Source: Candidatus Multivoradales bacterium (GTDB lineage: Bacteria; Acidobacteriota; Thermoanaerobaculia; Multivoradales; Multivoraceae). From it: DNA of 64,000 bases. Below the pieces are notes generated by a model. The model ran no database searches. It had not been told where the DNA came from and worked only from the letters and a program-made list of their open reading frames with translations. Shown piece by piece: positions 55,198 to 64,000 of this stretch (its first letter is position 1; each line of letters starts with the position of its first letter). The stretch lies in contig CBDCWI010000002.1 in the NCBI GenBank assembly GCA_965223325.1, forward strand, positions 2,016,001-2,080,000. Reading direction: 5' to 3'. A program made the translations under genes and the position numbers.

Positions 55198-56741
55198 GCG
55201 CGCGGTGGTGCGCTGGCGCGCGCACCCCAGCCTGGTTGGTACCCGAAGTGCTCGCGAGCGGGCACGGAACGCAGGAAGCCATCGAGCAGCGCCCAATGAT
55301 CGAGCGTTACATCGGCCGGGTGGGAGACGCCACAGGCGCGGCTCAGTTGGAGTAGCTCTTTGCGCAGGGTGACGATGTAGTTGGCGCATCGGGCTGCCTT
55401 GTCGGTGGGGTCGAGCCCTCGAATCAACCACTTCGACTGCGTCGCTACTCCGGTTGGGCAATGCCCACTGTGACAACGCTGCGCCTGAATGCAGCCGACG
55501 GCTAGCATCGCCTCGCGGGCGACGTTGATCGCGTCGCAACCGAGTGAGAAGGCGAGCATGGCGCGCTCTGGAAAGCCGAGCTTGCCGGCGCCCATCCAGA
55601 AAACGTCATCCTGGAGCCCGGCTTCGGCGAAGATCCGGTAGACCTCAGAGAAGCCGAGTAGGAATGGCATCGAAACATGGTCGGTGAACGCCAACGGGCC
55701 GGCGCCGGTTCCGCCTTCGCCGCCGTCGATATTGATGTAGTCAACGCCGCGCTCCCGCCGCGACATCTGTGCCGCTAACTCGCGCCAGAAATCGAGCTGC
55801 CCGACGGCTGACTTGATGCCCACCGGCAGCCCAGTGGCAAGGGCGAGGTCCTCGATGAAGTCGAGCATCTGGTCGACGTCCCCAAACGCTCGATGGCCCG
55901 CCGGGCTCAAACAGCTCTTGCCAGCCGGGATGCCGCGGATCAAAGCGATCGCCGGCGTCACCTTGGCGGCTGGCAGAATGCCGCCGAGGCCGGGCTTGGC
56001 CCCCTGGCTCAGCTTGACCTCGATCGCCCGCAGGGTGAGATTGGCATCGACGGTGGCGAGGAAACGTTCGCGTGAGAACCCACCGTCGTCTGCGCGGCAA
56101 CCGAAGTAACCGGTTCCGATCTGCCACACCAGTTCGCCACCGTGGCGATGGTGTGGGGAAATACCGCCTTCGCCGGTGTTGTGAAGACAGCCGGCGATCT
56201 GGGCACCACGGTTGAGCGCTTCGACCGCGGGGGCCGACAGCGAGCCGAAACTCATCGCCGAGATCCCCACCACCGAAGACGGGTAGAAGGCGTGCTTGCG
56301 ACCACGTGGCCCACCGAGTTTCTTTGCGGCTGGAAGCTTGTACAGCGGATCGTATTCGGAATCGCCCGGCCAGGGCGCCGGCAGCGGCACGGCAGCGTGG
56401 CGCAGGATCGGGTGGTTGGACGCCATCTCGAGATCATTGTCGGTGCCGAACCCGAAGTAGTTGTTCTGCTGCTTCGCCGAGGCGTACACCCAACGCCGTT
56501 CGTCGCGACTGAAAGGACGCTCCTCGTCGTTGCCGGTCACGATGTACTGACGCAACTCCGGACCGACAGCTTCGAGCGCATAACGAAAGTGACCGATGAT
56601 CGGGAAGTTGCGAAGAATCGCATGCCGCTTCTGCAACAGGTCATAGAAGATGACAACGACGACGAAGGCGGCCAGCGCCCCCGGCAACATCCACCACCAA
56701 CCCGACATCACGCACTCCTTTCCCGGCCGCACACTCTCCAA
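55194..56741 (-). CDS. FMN-binding glutamate synthase family protein
   Basis: SAMSFGSLS, NTGEGG, EVKLSQGAKPG, DGGEGGTGA, GCIQAQRCHSGHCPTGVATQ. Confidence 0.93.
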   Translation of the reverse strand: MESVRPGKECVMSGWWWMLPGALAAFVVVVIFYDLLQKRHAILRNFPIIGHFRYALEAVGPELRQYIVTGNDEERPFSRDERRWVYASAKQQNNYFGFGTDNDLEMASNHPILRHAAVPLPAPWPGDSEYDPLYKLPAAKKLGGPRGRKHAFYPSSVVGISAMSFGSLSAPAVEALNRGAQIAGCLHNTGEGGISPHHRHGGELVWQIGTGYFGCRADDGGFSRERFLATVDANLTLRAIEVKLSQGAKPGLGGILPAAKVTPAIALIRGIPAGKSCLSPAGHRAFGDVDQMLDFIEDLALATGLPVGIKSAVGQLDFWRELAAQMSRRERGVDYINIDGGEGGTGAGPLAFTDHVSMPFLLGFSEVYRIFAEAGLQDDVFWMGAGKLGFPERAMLAFSLGCDAINVAREAMLAVGCIQAQRCHSGHCPTGVATQSKWLIRGLDPTDKAARCANYIVTLRKELLQLSRACGVSHPADVTLDHWALLDGFLRSVPAREHFGYQPGWGARASAPPRA

Positions 56742-56790
56742 ATGCGGGTCCTTCCGCTCCAGGCCCTCCCGGCTCTAGGACTCGCGCGTG

Positions 56791-57873
56791 TCAGCCTACC
56801 GCCTCGAGCAGGCGCGGGCGCACCAGTTCGCCGAAGCGAGTCGCTTCCTCATCGTGGGGATAGCCGGACAGGCAGAAGGAGTGGCAACCGACATCAAAGA
56901 AATCCATCAAGGTCTCGGTGACCTGATCGGGATTGCCCACTACCGCAACACCCGCACCCGGGCGAACAGTCGTCAACCCGGTCCACAGATGGGGCGTGAG
57001 GCGATGGTCTTCGATCTCTGAGAGCTCTTTCATGCGCTTGTTGGCTTCCGAGACGCTCCAGATGCGCTGAATCATGTTCTTCCAGCCCTCGCTGGCGTCT
57101 TCGACCAGCGCGTGCGCCGCCCGCCAGGCCTCGTCTTCCGTTTCGCGACAAACGATCTGTAGACGCATACCGAAACCGATCTCATCGCGGCGGCCATGTT
57201 CGGCGGCGAGGTCACGGATGTCGGCAATCTGCTGGGCGATGCGTTCGGGGGTGTCGCCCCAGAAGAGGTGCACCGCCGAATGGCGCGCCGAGAGCTCCCA
57301 CGCCTGCTTGGATCCCCCACCGAGATAGAACGGCGGCCAGGGCTTCTGTTGCGGGCGCGGTTCACAGCGGGCGCCATCGCACTGGATGTGCTTGCCTTCG
57401 AAGCTCACCAGCTCGTCTTCCGTCCAGAGGCGCTTCATCAGGGTGACCGTCTCCTCCATCACCTCGTAGCGCTCTTCCTTCGAGAGCGTGATGCCGTCGG
57501 CGAGCGCCTCCTTGTCACTGGCGCCAGCGATCAAGTTGATGCACACGCGGCCGTCGGTCAACTGATCCAGGGTTGCGATCATCTTGGCCAGGAGTGGCGG
57601 CGCGATGTAGCCGGGACGTGCAGCGACCAACGGGCGCATCTTCTCGGTACGTGCCGCGAGCACCGCGCTCGTCATCCACGCTTCCCAACAAAGGGTCTGA
57701 ACGGGAATCAGGATGTACTCGAAGCCGGCATCTTCGGCCGCGCGAGTAATGCGCTCGAACATCACTGGCGAGGATGGAATGTCAAGATCCTTCCGCCCGA
57801 AGGCACGCGTGTCGCCAGCGGTAGGTAGGAACCAGCCGAGCTCCAGCGGGCGAGCCGCCCTTGTCTGTGTCAT
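56791..57873 (-). CDS. LLM-class flavin-dependent monooxygenase (SsuD-like)
   Basis: WFLPTAGD, LVAARPG, TLDQLTDGR, YLGGGS, LSGYPHDEEA. Confidence 0.9.
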   Translation of the reverse strand: MTQTRAARPLELGWFLPTAGDTRAFGRKDLDIPSSPVMFERITRAAEDAGFEYILIPVQTLCWEAWMTSAVLAARTEKMRPLVAARPGYIAPPLLAKMIATLDQLTDGRVCINLIAGASDKEALADGITLSKEERYEVMEETVTLMKRLWTEDELVSFEGKHIQCDGARCEPRPQQKPWPPFYLGGGSKQAWELSARHSAVHLFWGDTPERIAQQIADIRDLAAEHGRRDEIGFGMRLQIVCRETEDEAWRAAHALVEDASEGWKNMIQRIWSVSEANKRMKELSEIEDHRLTPHLWTGLTTVRPGAGVAVVGNPDQVTETLMDFFDVGCHSFCLSGYPHDEEATRFGELVRPRLLEAVG

Positions 57874-57952
57874 CGCCTCGTAGCCTCCGTCGGCTGGGTG
57901 ACCGACTCCTGGGAATCCATCTTTGCGGGAGTCCGCCAGTGTAGCGACTGCC

Positions 57953-58543
57953 TCAGTCGCCACGACGAAAGAGCTTGGCGACCCGCTGAAGCGCCTCGCT
58001 GCAGCTCTGGCAGAAGGTCGTGCCGCGGGCGTCGATCACCCCGCGCACGTAGCCACGCTCGCCATAGCCGTTGAAGTCACCTTTCGACATGGGGCAGTAG
58101 CCGCCGCCCAGGGCAGGCTCGAAGGAGTAGTGATGACCGAGCCCGAAGTTGTGGCCGAGCTCATGAAGGGCCACCTTGATCAGGCGCTCACGTGCGCGCT
58201 CGCGGGAGTGTCCGGCCAGCCGGCGCGTCGACACCACCGCGACGTCGTTGCGGGTGTCCTTGCCACCGAACATGAACGACGAGAAGTCGGCGCATTCGTC
58301 TTCAAAGAGGTCCGCATCGGTGATCGCCAGGATGTGCCCACCGACGTCCTGGGCCAGGGCACCAGTCAAAAGACTCGCTTCAATGCGCTCGAGTGGCGGA
58401 AAGTCGTACGGCACCACCTCGAGCTTGCGGAGTACGTTGCCGAGCCCTAGGGCGATCGCACGCTTGTACAACTCGATGCGACCGATCTGGGGCGGCTCCC
58501 CGACGGTCACGATCTTGAGTCGAGACAGGTTTGATCCGAGCAT
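57953..58543 (-). CDS. Archaemetzincin-like Zn metalloprotease
   Basis: HELGHNFGLGH...CPM...FCQSC. Confidence 0.8.
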   Translation of the reverse strand: MLGSNLSRLKIVTVGEPPQIGRIELYKRAIALGLGNVLRKLEVVPYDFPPLERIEASLLTGALAQDVGGHILAITDADLFEDECADFSSFMFGGKDTRNDVAVVSTRRLAGHSRERARERLIKVALHELGHNFGLGHHYSFEPALGGGYCPMSKGDFNGYGERGYVRGVIDARGTTFCQSCSEALQRVAKLFRRGD

Positions 58544-58582
58544 GACGACGATCCTCCGAACGGTGACCCTCCAAGAGCATTA

Positions 58583-58595
58583 TATCAATAACTTG
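58583..58595 (+). promoter_or_regulatory. IHF-consensus site in an AT-rich promoter
   Basis: TATCAATAACTTG matches WATCAANNNNTTR. Confidence 0.5.
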
Positions 58596-58699
58596 TATTT
58601 CACCATTTTCCCCTAATCCCGCCCCCTGGGACCCACTCCGCACAACTCGCCATCCCACCGTCGCATTCCGCCACATCGCAGCCCCCAAGAGACACCACC

Positions 58700-58747
58700 C
58701 GCACCCGGGTCCCCACCCGGGTCCACGCCCGGGTCCACGCCCGGGTC
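58700..58747. repeat. 12-bp tandem repeat x4 (CNCRCCCGGGTC)
   Basis: Read directly, intergenic. Confidence 0.85.
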
Positions 58748-58761
58748 TTTGCGGTGTGGGG

Positions 58762-60105
58762 TCAGGTGGTTGGTAGGAGGAGTCGGACTCTGGTGCCGAC
58801 ACCTTCTTTGCTCTCGACCTCGATACAGCCCTGGTGGTGACGGACGATGCCGAACACGGCGGAGAGACCCAGGCCGCGCCCGAGAAAGCGGGTGCTGAAG
58901 AAGGGGTCGAAGAGCCGCTCGAGGGTCTCGGCATTCATGCCTTCGCCGTTGTCGTTGACTTCGACGAAGGCGAACTCGCCGGCTTCGGCAACGTCGCCGA
59001 GGAGGAGCTGCTCGAGGTCGGAACGGGTGAGGGCGACCTGCCCTGTGCGCACGGCGATTCTGCCCCTCGAATCGCCGAGGGCCTCGAGCGAGTTGGTGGT
59101 CAGGCTGAGCACGGTCTGGCGAATCCGGGCGGCATCGATCTCGACGGCGAGAGGCAACTCAGGTGCTTCCATCACCAGATCGACGCGTTCGGGCAGGCTT
59201 CGCCGAACCTGTGGCCCGAGGTCAAAAACCAGACGGCCGAGGTCTTGCGCCTCGGGCACGGTCTCGGCTTTGCCCGCATAGGCGAGCAGCTCGTCGCAGA
59301 GGGCGGCGGCCGCGCCCGCCGCATCAACGATCTCATCGAGGGGGGCGCCAACGTCGTCGGTGTCCGGGCCGATGTGACCCCGCGCGACATCCACGTTGGC
59401 GCTGATCCTCATCAACAGGTTGTTGAAGTCATGCGCGATTCCGCCTGCCAGGATCCCGAGGCTCTCGAGCCTCTCGACCTCCGCCAACCGCGCCACAACC
59501 CCTTCGTCACCCGCACGGAGCTGCTGCTCGCGATCGTTCCTACGCTTCGACTCTTCCTCGAGTTCGGCCACCTTACGACGTTCTTCCGCCAGCGCGAGTC
59601 GAAGGCGAGACGCCTCAATCTTCGCGCGGTGGCGCTCGAGCGGGAGCTCGTGCGGAGCCAAGTCTGCCGGCCGCAGTCCCATGCCGATCAGCTTCTCGAG
59701 GCTCTTCGACGTAGGACTCCCCAGAAACAGGAGGCGGGCCGAATCTTGAGAGACCACGACCTGGCCCTCGAGCTCGAGGTCGTAAGCACGCAGCGCAACG
59801 ACGAAGGGAGCCCTCGTCAGACAAGCGAACGTTGGGTAGTCGAACCCCCCCTCCACGTGCGGGCGGCGGACGATGAAGTGGTCATCGAAGGCGGACTCGA
59901 CGGCAAGGAGTGAACAGCTCCGGACGATGCCCGGACCGAGCTGCTCGATCGATCCATCGGAGCGTAGGACGACGTGGAACGGGAAGACCTGGTCGAGCTG
60001 TCGCGGCGACAGACCGCAGCGCACCGCGTCGGGCGACGGAACGGCCGTCAGTGGTGAAACCTCGCGACGGAAACGGTGTGGAAGCTGGAAGTTCATGTTG
60101 CTCAA
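58762..60105 (-). CDS. HNOBA (H-NOX-associated PAS) histidine kinase
   Basis: FPFHVV...LEGQV...LLFLGSP...GL..ADLAPHE; AGGIAHDFNN; DNGEG; GRGLGL. Confidence 0.85.
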   Translation of the reverse strand: MSNMNFQLPHRFRREVSPLTAVPSPDAVRCGLSPRQLDQVFPFHVVLRSDGSIEQLGPGIVRSCSLLAVESAFDDHFIVRRPHVEGGFDYPTFACLTRAPFVVALRAYDLELEGQVVVSQDSARLLFLGSPTSKSLEKLIGMGLRPADLAPHELPLERHRAKIEASRLRLALAEERRKVAELEEESKRRNDREQQLRAGDEGVVARLAEVERLESLGILAGGIAHDFNNLLMRISANVDVARGHIGPDTDDVGAPLDEIVDAAGAAAALCDELLAYAGKAETVPEAQDLGRLVFDLGPQVRRSLPERVDLVMEAPELPLAVEIDAARIRQTVLSLTTNSLEALGDSRGRIAVRTGQVALTRSDLEQLLLGDVAEAGEFAFVEVNDNGEGMNAETLERLFDPFFSTRFLGRGLGLSAVFGIVRHHQGCIEVESKEGVGTRVRLLLPTT

Positions 60106-60651
60106 TGGTTTAGGCCGAGCTCGATCGGCTTGGTGGAGTATAGGAGGTAATAACCATCAAAACTCGTAAAAACCGCATTTTTCCGACAAAAATCCTCAAG
60201 ATGGGCCAAAGACCCAATAAAACCGGGTTTTCTGGGGTCGGTTTCACTGTTCCCTCCTGGTAGCTCGCCGGGGTGGCGCAGATGCGCTTCGAATCCGAGC
60301 GCACCAGCGTCGGACTGCACCTCGTACATCACCCATCTTGTTGACGGGCCTTTTTCTCAAGGTTTTCTACGGAACCTTGCTTGAAGTCTCGTTCTGTGTG
60401 AGTCTCCACAAGACTCTGAGCTTTTCGAAGCTCAGGAATTGTTCTTCTTCATCGTTGTTTCCTATGACGTCCAAGGATCCTCAGTGTCAGCCTCCAACCA
60501 CAATCCTCCACGCCGGCGTCGGCCACCCGCAAGCTCACCGCGAGCCGGCGACGCCTCGCGTCCCGGCAACCAGCGGCCGATCCCCGGGATCGACCGGGCG
60601 CGCGCAGCCGACGATGGACTGGGCAGCGCGACCGAGGAGATCGCGTGGAAG

Positions 60652-61518
60652 ATGAAGGCCAACTCTGCGGTTCCCTTCGCCTCCTCACACCGGGAGCGGC
60701 GCGAGGAACGTCTCAGGCGACACGTACGGCTCCTCGAGGCCCGGCTTCGTCATGAACGCACCCTCCGCGAACGGGAGCGGTTGGATGCACTCGCTGTCAT
60801 GGCCGCCGGACTCGCCCACGATCTGAACAACCGCCTGATGCGAATCCAGGGGCATGCCGAGATCGCAGCGATGGCCGGACGGGGTGGCAACTCGCCCGAA
60901 GAGTCACTGGCCGAGATCGTCGCCGCCGCCTCGGAGGCCGCCGAACTCTGCCGCCGACTGCTCTCCTTTTCGGGGCAGGTCCCGATGCGTGCCGAAGATC
61001 TCGACCTCGACGATCTGGTGCGGCAGGAACTCGATCGCCTGCAGACGATGCTGGAGCCTGGCGTTCGCCTCGAGCTTCGGCTCGAGCCTGCCAACATCCA
61101 GGCAGACGCCGAGATGATTCAACGCCTCATCGCCGACCTGGTCGCCAACGCCGCCGAAGCCACCGGCACCAGCGGTACTTCAGTCGAGATTCGCACAGGA
61201 ACCGCTCTGTGCAGTCCCGAGTTCCTGGCAGCAACCCGACACACCGGACGCCTCGAACCCGGTCGATACGCCTACGTCGAAGTGCGCGACGACGGGCCGG
61301 GCATTGAGACCAGCGTACTGGAACATCTCTTTGACCCCTTCGCCAGCACCAACTTCCTAGGTCGTGGCATGGGGCTGGCGGCGGTCTTTGGCGTCGTCCG
61401 ACAGCATCGTGGATGTTTGGTGGTAGACAGCGAACCAGGGCACGGCGCGAGAGTTCGTGCGATGTTGCCGATGCAGCAACCCACCGAGGCCCGTCAGCTC
61501 GACCTGTTCGGCGACTGA
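60652..61518 (+). CDS. Histidine kinase lacking an obvious sensor domain
   Basis: AAGLAHDLNN, NAAEA, DDGPGI, GRGMGL; GAGGAG RBS before ATG 60652. Confidence 0.85.
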   Translation: MKANSAVPFASSHRERREERLRRHVRLLEARLRHERTLRERERLDALAVMAAGLAHDLNNRLMRIQGHAEIAAMAGRGGNSPEESLAEIVAAASEAAELCRRLLSFSGQVPMRAEDLDLDDLVRQELDRLQTMLEPGVRLELRLEPANIQADAEMIQRLIADLVANAAEATGTSGTSVEIRTGTALCSPEFLAATRHTGRLEPGRYAYVEVRDDGPGIETSVLEHLFDPFASTNFLGRGMGLAAVFGVVRQHRGCLVVDSEPGHGARVRAMLPMQQPTEARQLDLFGD

Positions 61519-61695
61519 GCCGCCCTCGTACAAACCCTACCGGCCGCAGGCGAATCGGCAAGGCAGTGTTCGGCTAACATCGCCTGCACAAGCACACCCT
61601 CGAGGAGGACTGCACGCGCCGCTCGGCGAACCCGCCGCGAGAAGGCTCTCGCGCCGGTGCAGTCCGCGCCCCCTCAAGTCGCAGGAGAGTCCCGC

Positions 61696-62673
61696 ATGTC
61701 CAAGCCTGTACGTGTCGCCGTGACCGGAGCCGCCGGTCAAATCGGCTACTCACTGATCTTCCGTATCGCCGCCGGCGAGATGCTCGGCCTCGATCAACCG
61801 ATCAGCCTTCACCTGCTCGAGATTCCTCCCGCCATGGACGCCCTCGAGGGTGTCGTCATGGAGCTTCGCGACAGCGCCTACCCGCTGCTGCATGAGATCG
61901 TCACCAGCTCCGACGCCGAGGAAGCGTTCGATGGCGTCGACATCGCACTGTTGGTCGGAGCGCGCCCGCGCAGCAAAGGAATGGAGCGCAAAGACCTGCT
62001 CCAGGCCAACGCCAAGATCTTCTCGGCCCAGGGCAAGGCGCTCAACGCCAGGGCGAACAAGGACGTCAAGGTCCTGGTGGTTGGCAATCCCGCCAACACC
62101 AACGCGCTGATCGCCTCGGCCAATGCGCCGAACATCGACCCGCGGCAGTTCACGGCCATGACACGGCTCGACCACAACCGGGCGCTGTCACAGCTGTCAG
62201 AGAAGACCGGCGAGCACACGACCGACATCAAGCGCATGATCATCTGGGGCAACCACTCGGCGACCCAGGTCCCTGACGTCAGCCATTGCCTCGTCAAGGG
62301 CCAGCCAGCACCCGAGCTGGTTAGCGAGGAGTGGCTCAAGGAGAGCTTCATTCCCACGGTGCAGAAGCGCGGCGCAGCGATCATTCAAGCGCGCGGCTCC
62401 TCTTCCGCTGCTTCAGCGGGCGCCGCGGCGATCGATCACATTCGTACCTGGGTCATGGGAACAGAGGACGGCGACTGGGTGAGCATGGCGGTCCAGGCTG
62501 ACGGTTCGTACGGCATCGAAGAGGGCATCATCTACTCCTATCCCGTGGTCTGTAGGAACGGCGACTTCGAGATCGTTCCGGACCTGGAGGTTGCGGGGTG
62601 GCTGAGAGAGCGTCTCGACGCCACCGAAACAGAGCTGCGCGAAGAGCGCGAGGGCGTCGCCGAGCTTCTGTAG
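61696..62673 (+). CDS. mdh: Malate dehydrogenase
   Basis: [42 protein letters not shown]. Confidence 0.97.
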   Translation: MSKPVRVAVTGAAGQIGYSLIFRIAAGEMLGLDQPISLHLLEIPPAMDALEGVVMELRDSAYPLLHEIVTSSDAEEAFDGVDIALLVGARPRSKGMERKDLLQANAKIFSAQGKALNARANKDVKVLVVGNPANTNALIASANAPNIDPRQFTAMTRLDHNRALSQLSEKTGEHTTDIKRMIIWGNHSATQVPDVSHCLVKGQPAPELVSEEWLKESFIPTVQKRGAAIIQARGSSSAASAGAAAIDHIRTWVMGTEDGDWVSMAVQADGSYGIEEGIIYSYPVVCRNGDFEIVPDLEVAGWLRERLDATETELREEREGVAELL

Positions 62674-62737
62674 TTTCATTCAGCGGTGGTTGCTCGCTCT
62701 TGTCGCGCGGCGGTCGTCTAGCTCCCGCGCTTTCCAG

Positions 62738-64000
62738 CTAGTCGAGGTCGCAGCGGAAGGCGACGAGATCAACGACCGGCTCTGCGGCGACGCCGTCGGT
62801 GTTGCTCCAGGTGCGCGATGTTCCCTGGTGGGTATCGGTCACGGTGAGGTCAAAACCTACCGTCGTCGTGGCGGCGAAGAGGACCCAGTAGTGGCTGTTG
62901 ATCGCACAGCCGTTGAGAACCTTGACGAGGATCTCGGGGTTGCCGCGGCCGAAGAACCAGAACAGGCCACCACGGCCGACGCCCAGGCTTTCGAGTGAGA
63001 TTGCCTGCGCGGTGCCGGTCGGTGGCGTGGCCGTAGCGCTCGAGTACGACGAGTTGATGGCGAAGCGAGCGTCGCCGGCCTGGTCGTCGATGCATAGCTG
63101 CGTTTCGGAAGCGTCACACCCTTCGGTGAGACCTGGCGCGAGGAACGGAGCCAGCGCTTCGTAGCTGGCCGAAAACGCGCCGTCGACTTCGGTATTGCCG
63201 AAATTGCAGCCATCGATGGGATCGGGACCGCAGGCTCCGGTCAACTGCCCGATGACCAGACCGTTTCCCAGCATCAGCGGCGATCCGGAAGATCCCCCGA
63301 ACGAGGCACCCATGATGTTCTTGCTGTGGATGAAGTGACTGCGTGGCGACTCGGGGCAGGTTGCCACGCTGGTATCGACCCGATAGCTGGCGTAACTCTG
63401 CGGCAGGATGACGCCGGGCGCCGGGTGCGAAAGGCGATGCACGATCTCCCCGTCGACCGCGGGCGTCGCGTCCCAGCCGAGGAAGAAGCGGCCCGAGGGC
63501 ACAGACTGTAGGCGCACCAGGGTAACGTCGGAAGAGGCTTCACTTGCCAAGAGCGTCGCGCCGTTGCTGCGCGGGAGCTGGTCGAAGTCGAGGGCGTCAC
63601 CGGCGTTGCAACTCGAGTTGCGGTAGTCCCAGAAGACCTCGAGGGCCGAGGCGCTGCTCTGATCCGAGAAACAGTGGTTGGCGGTCAAGAGGAAGGGTGT
63701 CTCCGACGCGGTGGCGTCGTTGAGCAGGCTGCCGGTGCACACGAAACCATCGAACTGCAGCTGGGCGACGGCGGCCCGCACCTCTTCGACCGGTGCAAAG
63801 TTGTCACCTACTTCACACGCGCCGTCGATCAGACACTCGGTTCCGGCCTGAGTCGTCGAGTCGAGCCATTCGGCCGGTTCAAGCAGCTCGAGAACCTGGC
63901 GGATCGCAACCGAATGCCCCGGACCCACACTCGCTTCAGGAAACTGCACTTCAAGCTCGATGAACGGCCCGCCCACACTCGGCGTCCACAATGTGCCGTC
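62738..64000 (-). CDS. Lysyl-endopeptidase-like trypsin serine protease with C-terminal accessory domain, 5'-truncated
   Basis: CTGSLL, LTANHC, SDVTL, GGSSGSP; tail FWFF..NPEILVKVLNGC..N.HYWV. Confidence 0.85.
   Translation of the reverse strand, partial: DGTLWTPSVGGPFIELEVQFPEASVGPGHSVAIRQVLELLEPAEWLDSTTQAGTECLIDGACEVGDNFAPVEEVRAAVAQLQFDGFVCTGSLLNDATASETPFLLTANHCFSDQSSASALEVFWDYRNSSCNAGDALDFDQLPRSNGATLLASEASSDVTLVRLQSVPSGRFFLGWDATPAVDGEIVHRLSHPAPGVILPQSYASYRVDTSVATCPESPRSHFIHSKNIMGASFGGSSGSPLMLGNGLVIGQLTGACGPDPIDGCNFGNTEVDGAFSASYEALAPFLAPGLTEGCDASETQLCIDDQAGDARFAINSSYSSATATPPTGTAQAISLESLGVGRGGLFWFFGRGNPEILVKVLNGCAINSHYWVLFAATTTVGFDLTVTDTHQGTSRTWSNTDGVAAEPVVDLVAFRCDLD

Overview
GC-rich bacterial DNA. 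The IPTL-CTERM-like tail, GWxTD/VWA protein, kinase-TPR protein and protease C-terminal domain suggest Acidobacteriota (Thermoanaerobaculia-like); this is inference. The left 40 kb is a minus-strand polymorphic toxin locus: a 6044-aa surface-anchored multidomain protein is translationally coupled to a 3698-aa signal-peptide RHS toxin and its immunity gene. Downstream lie four silent RHS C-terminal cassettes, three with intact immunity genes. Main finding: every cassette starts at the same nucleotide, in a 19-bp core (AAGCCCGCTTCTATGACCC) identical to a site inside the full-length rhs gene, while the downstream coding sequence has diverged synonymously. In the cassettes the core is part of a 29-bp imperfect palindrome, flanked by a conserved non-coding arm with an IHF-consensus site and repeated motifs. 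This looks like an integron-like, site-specific system that swaps toxin tips inside a gene. One unit also carries cargo: a ParE-type TA pair, a nucleotidyltransferase with twin operators and a dif-like site. No recombinase is visible in the window. The right 24 kb holds ordinary genes (kinase, transporter, SPFH, glyoxalase, autotransporter, VWA, amidase, oxidoreductases, histidine kinases, mdh, protease). All calls come from reading by eye; no searches were run.
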